Source: an uncultured delta proteobacterium
GTDB taxonomy: Bacteria > Desulfobacterota > Binatia > UBA9968
Assembly (NCBI GenBank): GCA_963737905.1
Contig: CAVTUQ010000013.1
Coordinates: 53,349-117,348 of the forward strand
Length of the DNA: 64,000 nucleotides
Direction: 5' to 3'
Positions 40,076-49,790 of this stretch are shown piece by piece. The position numbers and the translations under genes were made by a program. A model generated the notes under the pieces. The model was not told the origin of the DNA. It worked only from the letters and a program-made list of their open reading frames with translations, and searched no databases. Every line of letters starts with the position of its first letter. Positions within the stretch are counted from its first letter, which is position 1.

Positions 40076-40636
40076 ATGGACATTAGTAACTACGTAGAAG
40101 AACTCCGCCTGACTATGATTGGCGCAGGTTTGAACTATGATATTTGGCGGGTTTACACGAACCCCGATACCCGAAAAGAATACCTCCGAACAATGAACAG
40201 GTATCCGCTCTTTTTTACCAATTCTATACACGCTCACTTCGTAGCGATGCTCGTCGCTCTATATCGGGTCTATGAGACACGTCCGGACACTTACAATATT
40301 CCGGCTCTGCTGAAACACGTTCAGACAGAAAAGATCTTGCCTGAGCATGTAGTAGCTAAGCTTCAAAAGAAGTATGAAGAAGCACAACCACTTTGGAAAA
40401 AAGTTAGCATTCTACGAAACAACGCATTCGCCCACAAAACTGTGAAACGCACATATGACGAAATCTTCAAGCGAGCCAGCGTGACGCCAGATGAACTTCG
40501 GGACCTTATCAAAGATACTAAGGCACTCTTAAACGAGTTCACCCATGCGTGGAAAAAAGACTTTCATGCCTTCAATCTCAACGCTACGGATGACACAAAA
40601 GCGTTATTAGAGGATCTCAAATCGATCAAGTTCTGA
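40076..40636 (+). CDS. HEPN-domain protein, AbiU2-like
   Basis: All-helical 186 aa ORF, lower GC; FF...IHAHF...VALYRVYE and LRNNAFAH (Rx5H). Confidence 0.7.
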   Translation: MDISNYVEELRLTMIGAGLNYDIWRVYTNPDTRKEYLRTMNRYPLFFTNSIHAHFVAMLVALYRVYETRPDTYNIPALLKHVQTEKILPEHVVAKLQKKYEEAQPLWKKVSILRNNAFAHKTVKRTYDEIFKRASVTPDELRDLIKDTKALLNEFTHAWKKDFHAFNLNATDDTKALLEDLKSIKF

Positions 40637-40657
40637 ACAATCCCTAGGTTGTCTCCA

Positions 40658-40870
40658 TCATCGTCTATTGAGCCATGCTTCACTTAACGTTTTAAATCGC
40701 TGGGCGATCTCATCATCATCATGCTCATCAACCTTCATCGTGCATCGGTACCATAGCTGACCGGCCTCCATTATAGTCGCAATATTTTTGCCGCTTAACG
40801 TCACCGATATATCATTCAGAAACGCCATCAGTTCCTTTGCTTCAATTGATTGATCGGCAAAAAGGTTTAC
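40658..40870 (-). pseudogene. 3' fragment of a hypothetical gene truncated at the ISCR remnant
   Basis: Frame VNLFADQ...WLNRR* abuts the start of ISCR homology. Confidence 0.35.
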
Positions 40871-41420
40871 CCATGGCGTGCTAGCACCCAACGCGAAGTT
40901 GCGCAATAAAATCGTTCCCGCTCCGGCAGAGCGTGCCACCGAGCCCCCGAGCGATCACGCCTGTGCCCAAGGGGAAACACCGCGCATGAGCTGGGCCCGA
41001 CTGCTCAAACGGGTCTTCAACATCGAACACTGCCCGAACTGCGGCGGCGCTTTGAAGATCATCGCCTGTCCTGAGCCTCGTCGAAGGGCCGCCATCGAAG
41101 ATTCGCCGGTGATCGTCAAGATCCTCAGCCATCTGGGCCTATCGACCCGCACCCCGCCGCGTGCGCCGGCGCGTGAGTCGATCTATTCCAAACGATCTGA
41201 GCAGCCGAAACCCCCCTGCCAACGCAAGCCGACGGCGCTGCTCGCTCTGAGTTCGAACGAGCAGCTGGATAAAGGAGTTTTCGCGCGCCTCCCGACCGCT
41301 CTCCGCCCGAGCCGCCCGAAGCAAAACCGCAAATTTCAGTTAAGTCTCCGACAATTGACACGCTCGCTGGTCAAGCGATATATGTCTGGTCAGAAAAAAC
41401 GTGGTTTAAAGTTCCTATAC
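40871..41420 (+). mobile_element. ISCR/IS91-family 3' remnant, copy 2
   Basis: HGVLAPNAKLR, MSWARLLKRVF, CPNCGGALKIIA, IED..VIVKILSHLGL..R.PPRAPAR; oriIS GTGGTTTAAAGTTCCTATAC (41401-41420). Confidence 0.88.
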
Positions 41421-41556
41421 ATAGTACGAGGTGACCGGCCGGGGCGGAAAGGGCCGTGAGATCATGCAGCGGGGCCAGTTCACCCGTGTGGTTCCCCCCC
41501 TCCCAAAACGCCCGCACCGCTCTCGGCATAGAGTAGAAGCTCGAAAGGAAGTTCAT

Positions 41557-43059
41557 TTGCCTCATCAGGACCGTCTCAACATCGCCGTGTTCATCGACTT
41601 CGACAACATCGAGATTGGCGTCAAATCGACGCTCGGTGAGAATTTCGACGTCGGGGCCATCCTCGACGCCTTGAAGGAGCGCGGCGAGGTGGTCACCAAG
41701 ATCGCCTACGCCGACTGGACGCGCGCGGGCGAGTACAGCCGCCACCTCACCCAGCACGCCATCCGCCTGGTGCAGCGCAACTTGACGCCCGGCGGCGACA
41801 AGAACGGCGCCGACATCAACCTGGCGCTCGATGCCCTCGAAATGGCCTTCACGCACCCGCACATCAACGCGTACGTGATCGTCGGCGGCGACAGCGACTT
41901 CCTCTCGCTGGTCGAGAAGCTCAAGCAATACGACAAGAAGGTGTTCGTCGTTGGTGGCCGGGCGTTCACGAGCATCATCCTCCAGCGCAACTGCCACGAG
42001 TTCATCGCCTACGAGAACCTGACGGGTGGCCGCCGCTCGGTCGCCAAGGGCGGCCGCCCGTTGGCGCCCGCCACCTCCGCGCCCATCGCGCAGGCGTTCC
42101 CCATCGTGCGGCGCGCGCTGAAGATCCTGTCCGACCGGGAAGTCTCGCCGCAGACCGGCCTGCTCAAGAGCACGCTGCTCCAGCTCGACTCGACCTTCTC
42201 CGAGCGGACCTATGGTGCGTCGTCGTTCCTCGATTTCGTCGAGAAGCTCGCGCAATCGGGTCTCGCCCAGCTCAAGCACACAGGTCGAAGCGTCATGGTC
42301 GAGCTGAACGAGAAGTTCGACGAGAGCGAGTCTTCGACCGCTGCTGCCGTCGCCGCGAGCCGGCCCGTCGCCGTCGCGGTTCGCGCGGCTCCGCCCGAGG
42401 CCGAAACCGAGCCGCGGGTGGTGATGGCCGAGGCCGTGCAGGCGTCCCGGCCCGCCCCGATCGAGGCACCAGTCGTGCCGGCGGGTGATCAGGCCGACGG
42501 GGTCCGCCTGGTGCGCCAGATCCTGACCACTGCCACGGCGGCACGGTGGCCGATGTACCTGCGCAACGTCAAGCAGCTCTTACGGGCCGCCGAGGGCGGC
42601 TTCGACGAGCGCCGATACGGTTTCATGGGGCTGATCGATCTGCTGCGAGCATGTCAGCGCGAGGGCCTCATGCGACTCGAGCGGGATCGTCGAGGAGGCC
42701 TGCGCGTGTTCAAGGGGCCCGCGTTGCAGCAGACCATCCCGTCGCCCGCGATCGCCCCGTCCCAAGAAATGGTGGAAGCCGAGCTCCTGGATACGCAACC
42801 CCTCGATGCCGTGGACCGATTCGACCTGGAAGAGCAGGTCGAGGAAGATCGGTTCAATGTCGAGCCCATGCCGACCGACACGACGGCCGAGCTCCTCGGT
42901 CGCGCCAAGCCGAGACGTCCGCGCACCCGCGTCGCGGCCGCCGCGCCCGTGGCAGCGCGTGTCCCGCGAAAGGCGGCCACGAAGAAGGCCGCGCCGCGCG
43001 CGTCCACGCGGTCGAGGAAGCCGGCCCGATCCGAGGACCCCGGCAAGAATGAGAACTGA
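41557..43059 (+). CDS. NYN-domain (LabA/DUF88) protein with OST-HTH/LOTUS domains
   Basis: IAVFIDFDN, AYADW, KNGADI.LALDA, GGDSDF, FSERTYG.SSF, FDERRYGF; AAAGGA RBS plus TTG; visibly higher GC. Confidence 0.9.
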   Translation: MPHQDRLNIAVFIDFDNIEIGVKSTLGENFDVGAILDALKERGEVVTKIAYADWTRAGEYSRHLTQHAIRLVQRNLTPGGDKNGADINLALDALEMAFTHPHINAYVIVGGDSDFLSLVEKLKQYDKKVFVVGGRAFTSIILQRNCHEFIAYENLTGGRRSVAKGGRPLAPATSAPIAQAFPIVRRALKILSDREVSPQTGLLKSTLLQLDSTFSERTYGASSFLDFVEKLAQSGLAQLKHTGRSVMVELNEKFDESESSTAAAVAASRPVAVAVRAAPPEAETEPRVVMAEAVQASRPAPIEAPVVPAGDQADGVRLVRQILTTATAARWPMYLRNVKQLLRAAEGGFDERRYGFMGLIDLLRACQREGLMRLERDRRGGLRVFKGPALQQTIPSPAIAPSQEMVEAELLDTQPLDAVDRFDLEEQVEEDRFNVEPMPTDTTAELLGRAKPRRPRTRVAAAAPVAARVPRKAATKKAAPRASTRSRKPARSEDPGKNEN

Positions 43060-43328
43060 CGCATCCGGTCTCGGTCCGACGATCCGTCCTGTCTCCATGG
43101 CAGCAGCCACCTAATCAGGCATCGGTGTCAGGCATTCGTATTGCGTTTTTCTAGATCGATTTCGGCGGCGTAATTGACTTTGCCGTTCAGTCGCAACGCC
43201 GGATCTCATGACCGCCATGGCGCAGAAGCTCGCGGACGAGCTGATCTATCCAAAGCCGCCGGGGCATGACCATGTCGTTCTTGAAACTGCCAGAGCACGT
43301 GGAATTCAAGATTCAATCATAGGTTCAA

Positions 43329-44453
43329 TTACTTTTTTTGTTTTTCCGCATTCGCGAGCGCCTCTTCGAAAATTGCCAGCACCGGCTTCATCTCCGTCCA
43401 TTCGACCCGGCTGTCGATGTCGAGATAGCTGACTCCCGCGGCGCGGCGGTTCTCCGGCTTTACGTCGTCTTTCGGAATATCGATGCGCAGTGAATCGGCC
43501 GTCTCGGCGCCGCTCCTGGCTATAGATTTTTGCAGCGCGATCTGGCCGTCGCGCGAGAGAAACCAGTTGATGAAAACCTTCGCCGCATTCGCATGGGGCG
43601 CGCGGTTCAAGAGCGCGAGCGTGCCGTATTGCGTGACGAGCGGCGCGCCTTCCTTGAAATTCACGAACTCGTCTACCGGCAGTCCCTGGAGTTTCGCCTT
43701 GTCGGTGTCCGAGCAGAAAAAGCACAGGCTCGCTTTGCCGCTCGCGAGCCAGTCGATACTCTGGCGGAAATCGCGGAAGAGCGTCACGTCCATCTCACCG
43801 AACAGCTTCTTGATGAAAGTCGGGCCGATCGCCGGGTGGAGGTAGAAAAAACGCATCGGAGCGCTCCCCGGCCCGGGGACGCGCACGTCGCGCGCGATGA
43901 TTTTGCCTTTCCACCTGGCGTCGACGAGGTCCCAGACCGAAGAAATCTCCTTCGGGTTGACGAGCTTGGTGTTGTAAGCGATGTTTCCTTGCTGCTGCGT
44001 GCCGACGTAACGGAAGACGAACTGCCCTTCGGGGTCGACGTAGCGGTGCTTGCCCTGATACCAGAGCGATTCATCCGTCACCTCCGGCAGCAAGAGCGCG
44101 GGTTTGATCGGATCGAAGCTCTTGGCCAAGTGCAGCACCCGGTAGTTCGAGCCGATGCCTTCGCTGCTCACATCGGCGAGGAACTTTCCTGCGCGGCGCT
44201 CGGCGAGAATACGCTTGGCGATCTCGCCGGCGCGGCCGCCGACCCACGTCACCTTGATTTCGGGATAGGCTTTTTGAAACGCGCCCGATTCGATGACGGC
44301 TTCCCAGCCGCCGATGTAGACGTTCACCTGGCCTTCCTTCTTCGCCGCTTCGATGGTTTTTTCCCATTCCTTCTTCCAGTCCGATTGAGCGCGCGCCTCC
44401 GCCAGCAACAGCAATACGGCACAAGCCGCCAACACAACTCTCGACATTGGCAA
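43329..44453 (-). CDS. ABC transporter extracellular solute-binding protein
   Basis: WEKTIEAAKKEG, I.AERRAGK, YNTKLV, APHANAAKVFINWFLSRDGQ. Confidence 0.85.
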   Translation of the reverse strand: MPMSRVVLAACAVLLLLAEARAQSDWKKEWEKTIEAAKKEGQVNVYIGGWEAVIESGAFQKAYPEIKVTWVGGRAGEIAKRILAERRAGKFLADVSSEGIGSNYRVLHLAKSFDPIKPALLLPEVTDESLWYQGKHRYVDPEGQFVFRYVGTQQQGNIAYNTKLVNPKEISSVWDLVDARWKGKIIARDVRVPGPGSAPMRFFYLHPAIGPTFIKKLFGEMDVTLFRDFRQSIDWLASGKASLCFFCSDTDKAKLQGLPVDEFVNFKEGAPLVTQYGTLALLNRAPHANAAKVFINWFLSRDGQIALQKSIARSGAETADSLRIDIPKDDVKPENRRAAGVSYLDIDSRVEWTEMKPVLAIFEEALANAEKQKK

Positions 44454-44515
44454 TTTTCCTCCCGGGCAATTCTATCTGCTTTGACCGACTTCCCGCTTGC
44501 TGTCGGCACCGCCGT

Positions 44516-45379
44516 CTAAACAGGAGCGAGCCGGTGCGCCCGGAGGAAGGAACGTACCTGGCGCACCGCCAGGGGAACCCGTTCCTTCGGCTCCTTCCAG
44601 GGGAACATGCTCACTTCTGCCTTCGGCGCGAGCATCGCCGACTCCATGGCGACAGCGTACGGATGCGGCGGGATATCATCCGGCAGGATCAGTACGGGCG
44701 TCCGGCAATCGCGCACGAAATCGCGTGTCACTGCCCAGACGAAGTCTGGGTTGGCGCGGTACATCTTGGTGAGAAATTTGTCGACCATCTCCATCGTGAT
44801 GTCGGGCCGGCGCTTGACCAGCTCGGGGCCCCAGTCCTTCATGTTGTGGTCGTAGGAGAGGTTGGGCATCTCCGGCCGGAATCCACTGGGCTGCGCCAGC
44901 ACGGCAGCAACGATACGGTCGGGTGCCCGCTTCAGAAGGTTCCAAACCAAAGGACCCCCAATGCAGAAGCCCATCACCACGAACTTGTCGATCCCCAAAT
45001 GATCCATCAGACCGATTTGATCATCGCTATAGGCATCCCACGGCCGATCGATCTCGAGCGGGCCGGAAGACTCCCCGCCATTGGCGTTGCGCAGGTCCGA
45101 GAAGATGCAGTGATATTCTCCCTTGAACTCCTCGATTGAATTAAAAGGTCTGCCGCGTTTCAAGCCGGAGATCGTCGAGTTCAATCCCCCGCCGGGGATA
45201 AGCAACAACGGGAAGCCGGAGCCGGCCTCCTCGTATTGGATGCGAACGGGGCCTTTTTCGTAGAACGCCATGGCAGCTTCTCCTTGTTCAGTTTGCTCCA
45301 AACACTCGCCGCGCTGCGGCCATCACCGTTGCGGCGGCCCCCCTGTTTTCAGTACTTTGCGTTTGATCGGATCCACCAT
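44516..45379 (-). CDS. Alpha/beta hydrolase fold protein (Cys at nucleophile elbow, GFCIGG); probable leader peptide frameshifted
   Basis: GSGFPLLLIPGGG, DLRNA, MGFCIGG; upstream GGAGG plus ATG 45379 encodes MVDPIKRKVLKTG. Confidence 0.8.
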
Positions 45380-45401
45380 CGGCGTCCTCCTGACTTCGGC
45401 T

Positions 45402-45486
45402 GTCTAACGCTATACCGCTGAGCCGCTAACAAAAAATAGAATCATCTATCACCGAATCGCGCCGTCGGCTCAGCGGCAGGTTAAAC
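45402..45486 (-). other. attC-like integron recombination site
   Basis: Ends GTTTAAC...GTTAGAC (RYYYAAC/GTTRRRY) with inner inverted repeat CCGCTGAGCCG/CGGCTCAGCGG; 85 bp. Confidence 0.55.
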
Positions 45487-45534
45487 GAGGATATATTTGA
45501 TTTACTTCCATAGGCTCGTCAGGAGGGCACCCCC

Positions 45535-45895
45535 ATGCTGCTCGATGAAGCAACCGTAGCCAACGTATCGCGTGCGATACGCGAGATCAATGGGTTTGAA
45601 TGGGAGGGAGACTTTAAGCCGATGACCCGCCGAACTCTTAAGGAACTTTTGGAGAAGCGGTTGGAAGAAGAGATGGCGGAGTATCTAGGAGTGGCTCGCT
45701 ATGAACATGCGGCGGATCGCCACACTACAGAGACGGTCACTACGTACGGCATCTATTGACCGAGATGGGAGATATCGAGCTTTTAGTACCGCGCAGTCGC
45801 AAAGGAAAGTTTCCCACTAAGCTCTTGGAGAGCTACGCGCGGCGCTGCCACTCGGTGGATCAGGTGCTGTTGGCGTGCTTTTGCTTGGGGCTCGA
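45535..45895 (+). mobile_element. IS256-family transposase 5' fragment
   Basis: LEEEM.EYLG..RYE, (RNG)HY.RHLLTEMGDIEL.VPRSR.G.F; frameshifted and truncated. Confidence 0.75.
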
Positions 45896-46338
45896 TCAGC
45901 AGTTTTGCGAGCGCACCCGCCGACACCAACGGCTAGATCTAGCTAGCCTCCAGCTTGTTTAGCATGCACAGGAGTATAATTGCGCCTGCAGTGACGGAGA
46001 TCTCGACGATTGGCTAGGTAAATGCATCCGATTTTTTGGTGGAGGCAGTGCAACAGTGTAAAGAACCGATATTCACCCTCTCCTTCCGATTGCCTTAAAT
46101 GCGGTTGAGCCATACGATCGCTATTCCGTTTTCGGTAAGCTACTGATCACGAAAAACAATAACTTCAGCTCTCCCGACACTACCATCGGATGCGAGGATT
46201 ATACCGTCGAACCCAACAACCTGACTGGGCTGGAACTGACCGTTGTTCCAGACATTAGTGGGCTATCTGCCTGTCGCTAACAACTGATTGACATGATCAA
46301 TAGGGTTCAAGTAGTATTTCGAGATGCCGTCTTAGTAT

Positions 46339-46698
46339 ATGAGACAAGTAACAAGGCCCATCACGGTGGGCGAAAGCGTAGCGCTTCAACGCACCTCCAA
46401 TGCTCCGGCTGAGCGGTACCGGATTCAAGTGATCGACCGGGCCGCGCAGATTTTGGACTGTTTCGGATTTGATCATCAAGAATTGAGCGTCAGTGAAATC
46501 GGCGCTGAGACCTGCGTCGGCGCCCCTATCAGAGATCACACCGGTGCCATGGTGGGAGCCATCAGTGCCGCCGCTCCTTCGGCTCGCTTAGCTGAGAAGA
46601 AAAATTCCGCCTGTCGGACGGCTGGTGATGGCAGTGGCAGAAGAGATCTCCGAACAGTTGGGCTACGAAAAAACCGTTAAAGTCAAAGCGCAATGAGA
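46339..46698 (+). pseudogene. IclR-family regulator with large internal deletion
   Basis: N-term IQVIDRA.QILDCF...ELSVSEIG joined directly to C-term CVGAPIRDHTG.MVGAIS. Confidence 0.75.
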
Positions 46699-46712
46699 TT
46701 GGAGAGCCGAAC

Positions 46713-47504
46713 GTGGAAGGACTAAGTCAGGAGCAAATTCTCAAGGACGCCAAAGAGCTTTACAGGGCTGAAAAAGACAAGAGCGTGCTCCGTCCCTTTA
46801 CGGAGAAATATCCGCAGATCGTTCCCGAAGAGTCATACCGGATTCAACTCGCGCTGATCGAAATGAAAAAAGCTGATGGCGCAAAGGTGGTGGGGAAAAA
46901 AATCGGCCTGACCAGCAAGGCGATGCAGAAAATGCTCAACGTCGATCAGCCGGACTACGGTCACATCCTTGATAACATGGTGCTGCAGGACGCCGCGGTT
47001 TTCCCGCTCGGCGAGTTGATTCAACCTAAGATCGAACCGGAGATCGCCTTCATTCTCGATCGCGAGCTGAAGGGACCAGGAGTTACTCCCATGGCGGTTC
47101 TGGCCGCGACCCGGTTTGTCGTGCCCGCATTGGAGATCATCGACAGCCGAATCGAAGGTTGGAAAATCAAGCTCTGCGACACCATCGCCGATAATGCGTC
47201 TTCTGCGCGTGTAGTGCTCGGCAACTCGCCGAAGCGCGTTGATGAGTTTGATCTCAAGCTCGTTGGCATGGTGCTGGAAAAAAACGGCGACATCGTTCAG
47301 ACCGGCGCTGGGGGCGCCGTGTTGGGTCATCCCGCGGTTGCGGTTGCATGGCTAGCCAATGCGGTGGGGCAGTTCGGCGTGAGTCTCGGCGCGGGAGAAA
47401 TTGTCATGCCGGGAGCTCTGTGTGCGGCAACAGACGTAAGCCCTGGCGATTTGCTGCAAGCATCTTTCGCGGGTTTAGGATCCGTATCTGTTAGATTTGT
47501 CTAG
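46713..47504 (+). CDS. mhpD: 2-keto-4-pentenoate hydratase
   Basis: VGKKIGLTSKAMQ, PDYG, IEPEIAF, EIIDSRI, DTIADNAS, VLGHP..AVAWLAN. Confidence 0.88.
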   Translation: MEGLSQEQILKDAKELYRAEKDKSVLRPFTEKYPQIVPEESYRIQLALIEMKKADGAKVVGKKIGLTSKAMQKMLNVDQPDYGHILDNMVLQDAAVFPLGELIQPKIEPEIAFILDRELKGPGVTPMAVLAATRFVVPALEIIDSRIEGWKIKLCDTIADNASSARVVLGNSPKRVDEFDLKLVGMVLEKNGDIVQTGAGGAVLGHPAVAVAWLANAVGQFGVSLGAGEIVMPGALCAATDVSPGDLLQASFAGLGSVSVRFV

Positions 47505-47528
47505 GAATTAGAGCTGCTGAAAAAGGCT

Positions 47529-47556
47529 CAGATCCTTCGTAGCGCTCAGGATCGAC
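47529..47556. repeat. REP-like element (GATCCTTCG..GCGCTCAGGAT type)
   Basis: cagatccttcgtagcgctcaggatcgac, intergenic short hairpin. Confidence 0.5.
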
Positions 47557-47753
47557 GATGCGAATGAAGGATTCAGAACATGCGTGGTTTCATAAATATG
47601 ACTCCATGCTCGTCGATCTTTTCGCGCGTGCTCACCGTGGGCTCGAGCGCAGCTGCAGGTCAACAGAAGAGGAACATCGCGCTGCAAACAGCGGTTATAA
47701 AAGGCCTTGGGCAAATACAATTTTCAGAACCTGGTAGAATAGGAGTCGACTCT

Positions 47754-48781
47754 GTGGGATCTTTAGTTGCCGCCATAGCTTCTTCCCATGCTTTCGCGGT
47801 CACGCCACTGGAAAAGTGGGACGAGTTGCGGGAGCGAAATCGCAACGTCTATGCGCAGCGGCAACACATCGCGGTGCAGCCGCCCCATCCGCGAATGAGC
47901 ACAGAAAGCGCGGAAGACGTCCAGACGCGCTACGCTCATGTGCGCAACGGGTTGTTCGAGCTCAAGCGAATCATCGAGGAATCGAAGCCCGACGCATTGA
48001 TCGTGATCGGCGACGACCAAAACGAAAACTTCACGTCCCAGAATGTTCCCCAGTTTGCGATCTACACCGGCGTAGAAGCTGTTTTTTTCGACCGGCTCTT
48101 CAAAGAAGAAAAGACCTACCGCTGCGATGCTGAGTCCGCACGTGTCATTCTCAATAGCGCGGTGGAAGGTAGTTTCGACCTGTCGTTCGCGGAGAATTTC
48201 CCGGACAAGCGTTTGATCTCTCACGCCCACGTTGAACCGCTGATGCGCATACTACTGCCCAATGCTGACGTGCCGATCGTGCCGATTATGTGAACGCAAT
48301 CCACCCGCCCGGTCCGGCGCCGGCCCGTTGTTATGCCTTCGGCCAGATGCTTGGAGATATTATCCGTCACCACCTCGCTGACAAGCGCATTGCCATTTAT
48401 GCATCCGGTGGGCTGTCTCACTTTACCGCGGGTTATCCGTGGCGTTACTATCGCGGGCCGTTCGGTTACGGCTGCATAAGCGAAGACTTTGACCGTAAAG
48501 TTCTCCAATGGATCGACGACCAAAACGAAAACTTCACGTCCCAGAATGTTCCCCAGTTTGCGATCTACACCGGCGCAGATGGACAGGCAAGTAAGCTCGC
48601 CGAGCTTTCATCGGCGGAGCTTTTGGAACACGGCGAAATCGAACTCAGGAGCTGGATTATTTTGGCCGGCGTCGTCGGCGCAGTGCCTGCCCGGGTGCTC
48701 GCGTACGAGCCGCTCTACCGTGGTCTCATGGGCATGGCCGTGGCAGAGTGGCCGCTAAGTGCCACGGACACAATAACATAA
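47754..48781 (+). CDS. MhpB/LigB-like extradiol dioxygenase (frameshift ~48290; 60-bp internal duplication)
   Basis: AIASSHA, IGDDQNENF, HAH, P.VPI..N, ASGGLSHF, GEIELRSW..LAG; AGGAG plus GTG start. Confidence 0.75.
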
Positions 48782-48870
48782 CTTTTATGGATGCTCTAAA
48801 GTTAAGCGAAAACCCGGAAAACGTTTTCGGGCGCAGCCGACGATAAGCTGATGTCAGAGCGAGGAGAAGC

Positions 48871-49773
48871 ATGGAGAAAACAGCGGTAGCTATTCTGGGG
48901 TCCGGCAATATCGGCACGGATCTCATGTACAAGCTCAAGCGCAGCAGTCTCCTCCGTCCCGTGCTCATGGCCGGCATCGTTCCTGACTCGGAAGGCCTGG
49001 CGCGGGCGCGTCAAGAGGGCCTGGCAACGACGACCGAAGGTATCGACGGTTTACTCAAACAAAAAGAAACTTTTGAAATCGTGTTCGATGCCACCACGGC
49101 AAGCGCGCACAAAAAACACGCCCCGCTGTTGCGCAACGCAAAGAAAATCGCCATAGACTTGACCCCTGCCGCCGTCGGGCCATACGTCATCCCGCTAGTC
49201 AATCTCGATGAGCATGTCGGCGCGAGCAACGTCAACCTCGTGAGTTGCGGCGGCCAGGCGACCGTGCCGCTGGTAAGCGCCCTCGATGAGGTCGCGCCGG
49301 TGGAGTACGCCGAGATCGTCGCCACCATCGCGAGCAAAAGCGCCGGTCCGGGCACCAGACAAAATATCGACGAGTTCACGGACACTACCGCTCGAGGATT
49401 GGAAAAGATCGGCCACGCTGCGCGCGGCAAGGCGATCATCGTTCTCAATCCAGCCGAGCCGCCGATCCTGATGCGCAACACGGTGCACGGCGTCCTGGCA
49501 GAGGCCGATGAGGCAAAGATTCTTCGCTCCATCGAATCGATGGTGGAGCGCATCCAGCAGTATGTGCCCGGCTATCGCCTGCGCGCCAAACCGCTGATCC
49601 AGGATCTGTCGAACGGCGAGCGCAAGAAGAAAGTAACTCTCTTCGTCGAAGTCGAAGGCGCGGGAGATTTTCTGCCAAAGTATGCGGGGAATCTTGATAT
49701 CATGACTTCAGCCGCGGTAAAGGTCGGCGAGGAAATTGGCCGGCACTTCCAAGCCGGCACCTGGACAAGGTAA
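48871..49773 (+). CDS. mhpF: Acetaldehyde dehydrogenase (acylating)
   Basis: [50 protein letters not shown]. Confidence 0.95.
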   Translation: MEKTAVAILGSGNIGTDLMYKLKRSSLLRPVLMAGIVPDSEGLARARQEGLATTTEGIDGLLKQKETFEIVFDATTASAHKKHAPLLRNAKKIAIDLTPAAVGPYVIPLVNLDEHVGASNVNLVSCGGQATVPLVSALDEVAPVEYAEIVATIASKSAGPGTRQNIDEFTDTTARGLEKIGHAARGKAIIVLNPAEPPILMRNTVHGVLAEADEAKILRSIESMVERIQQYVPGYRLRAKPLIQDLSNGERKKKVTLFVEVEGAGDFLPKYAGNLDIMTSAAVKVGEEIGRHFQAGTWTR

Positions 49774-49790
49774 CCACCGGAGGCGATACA

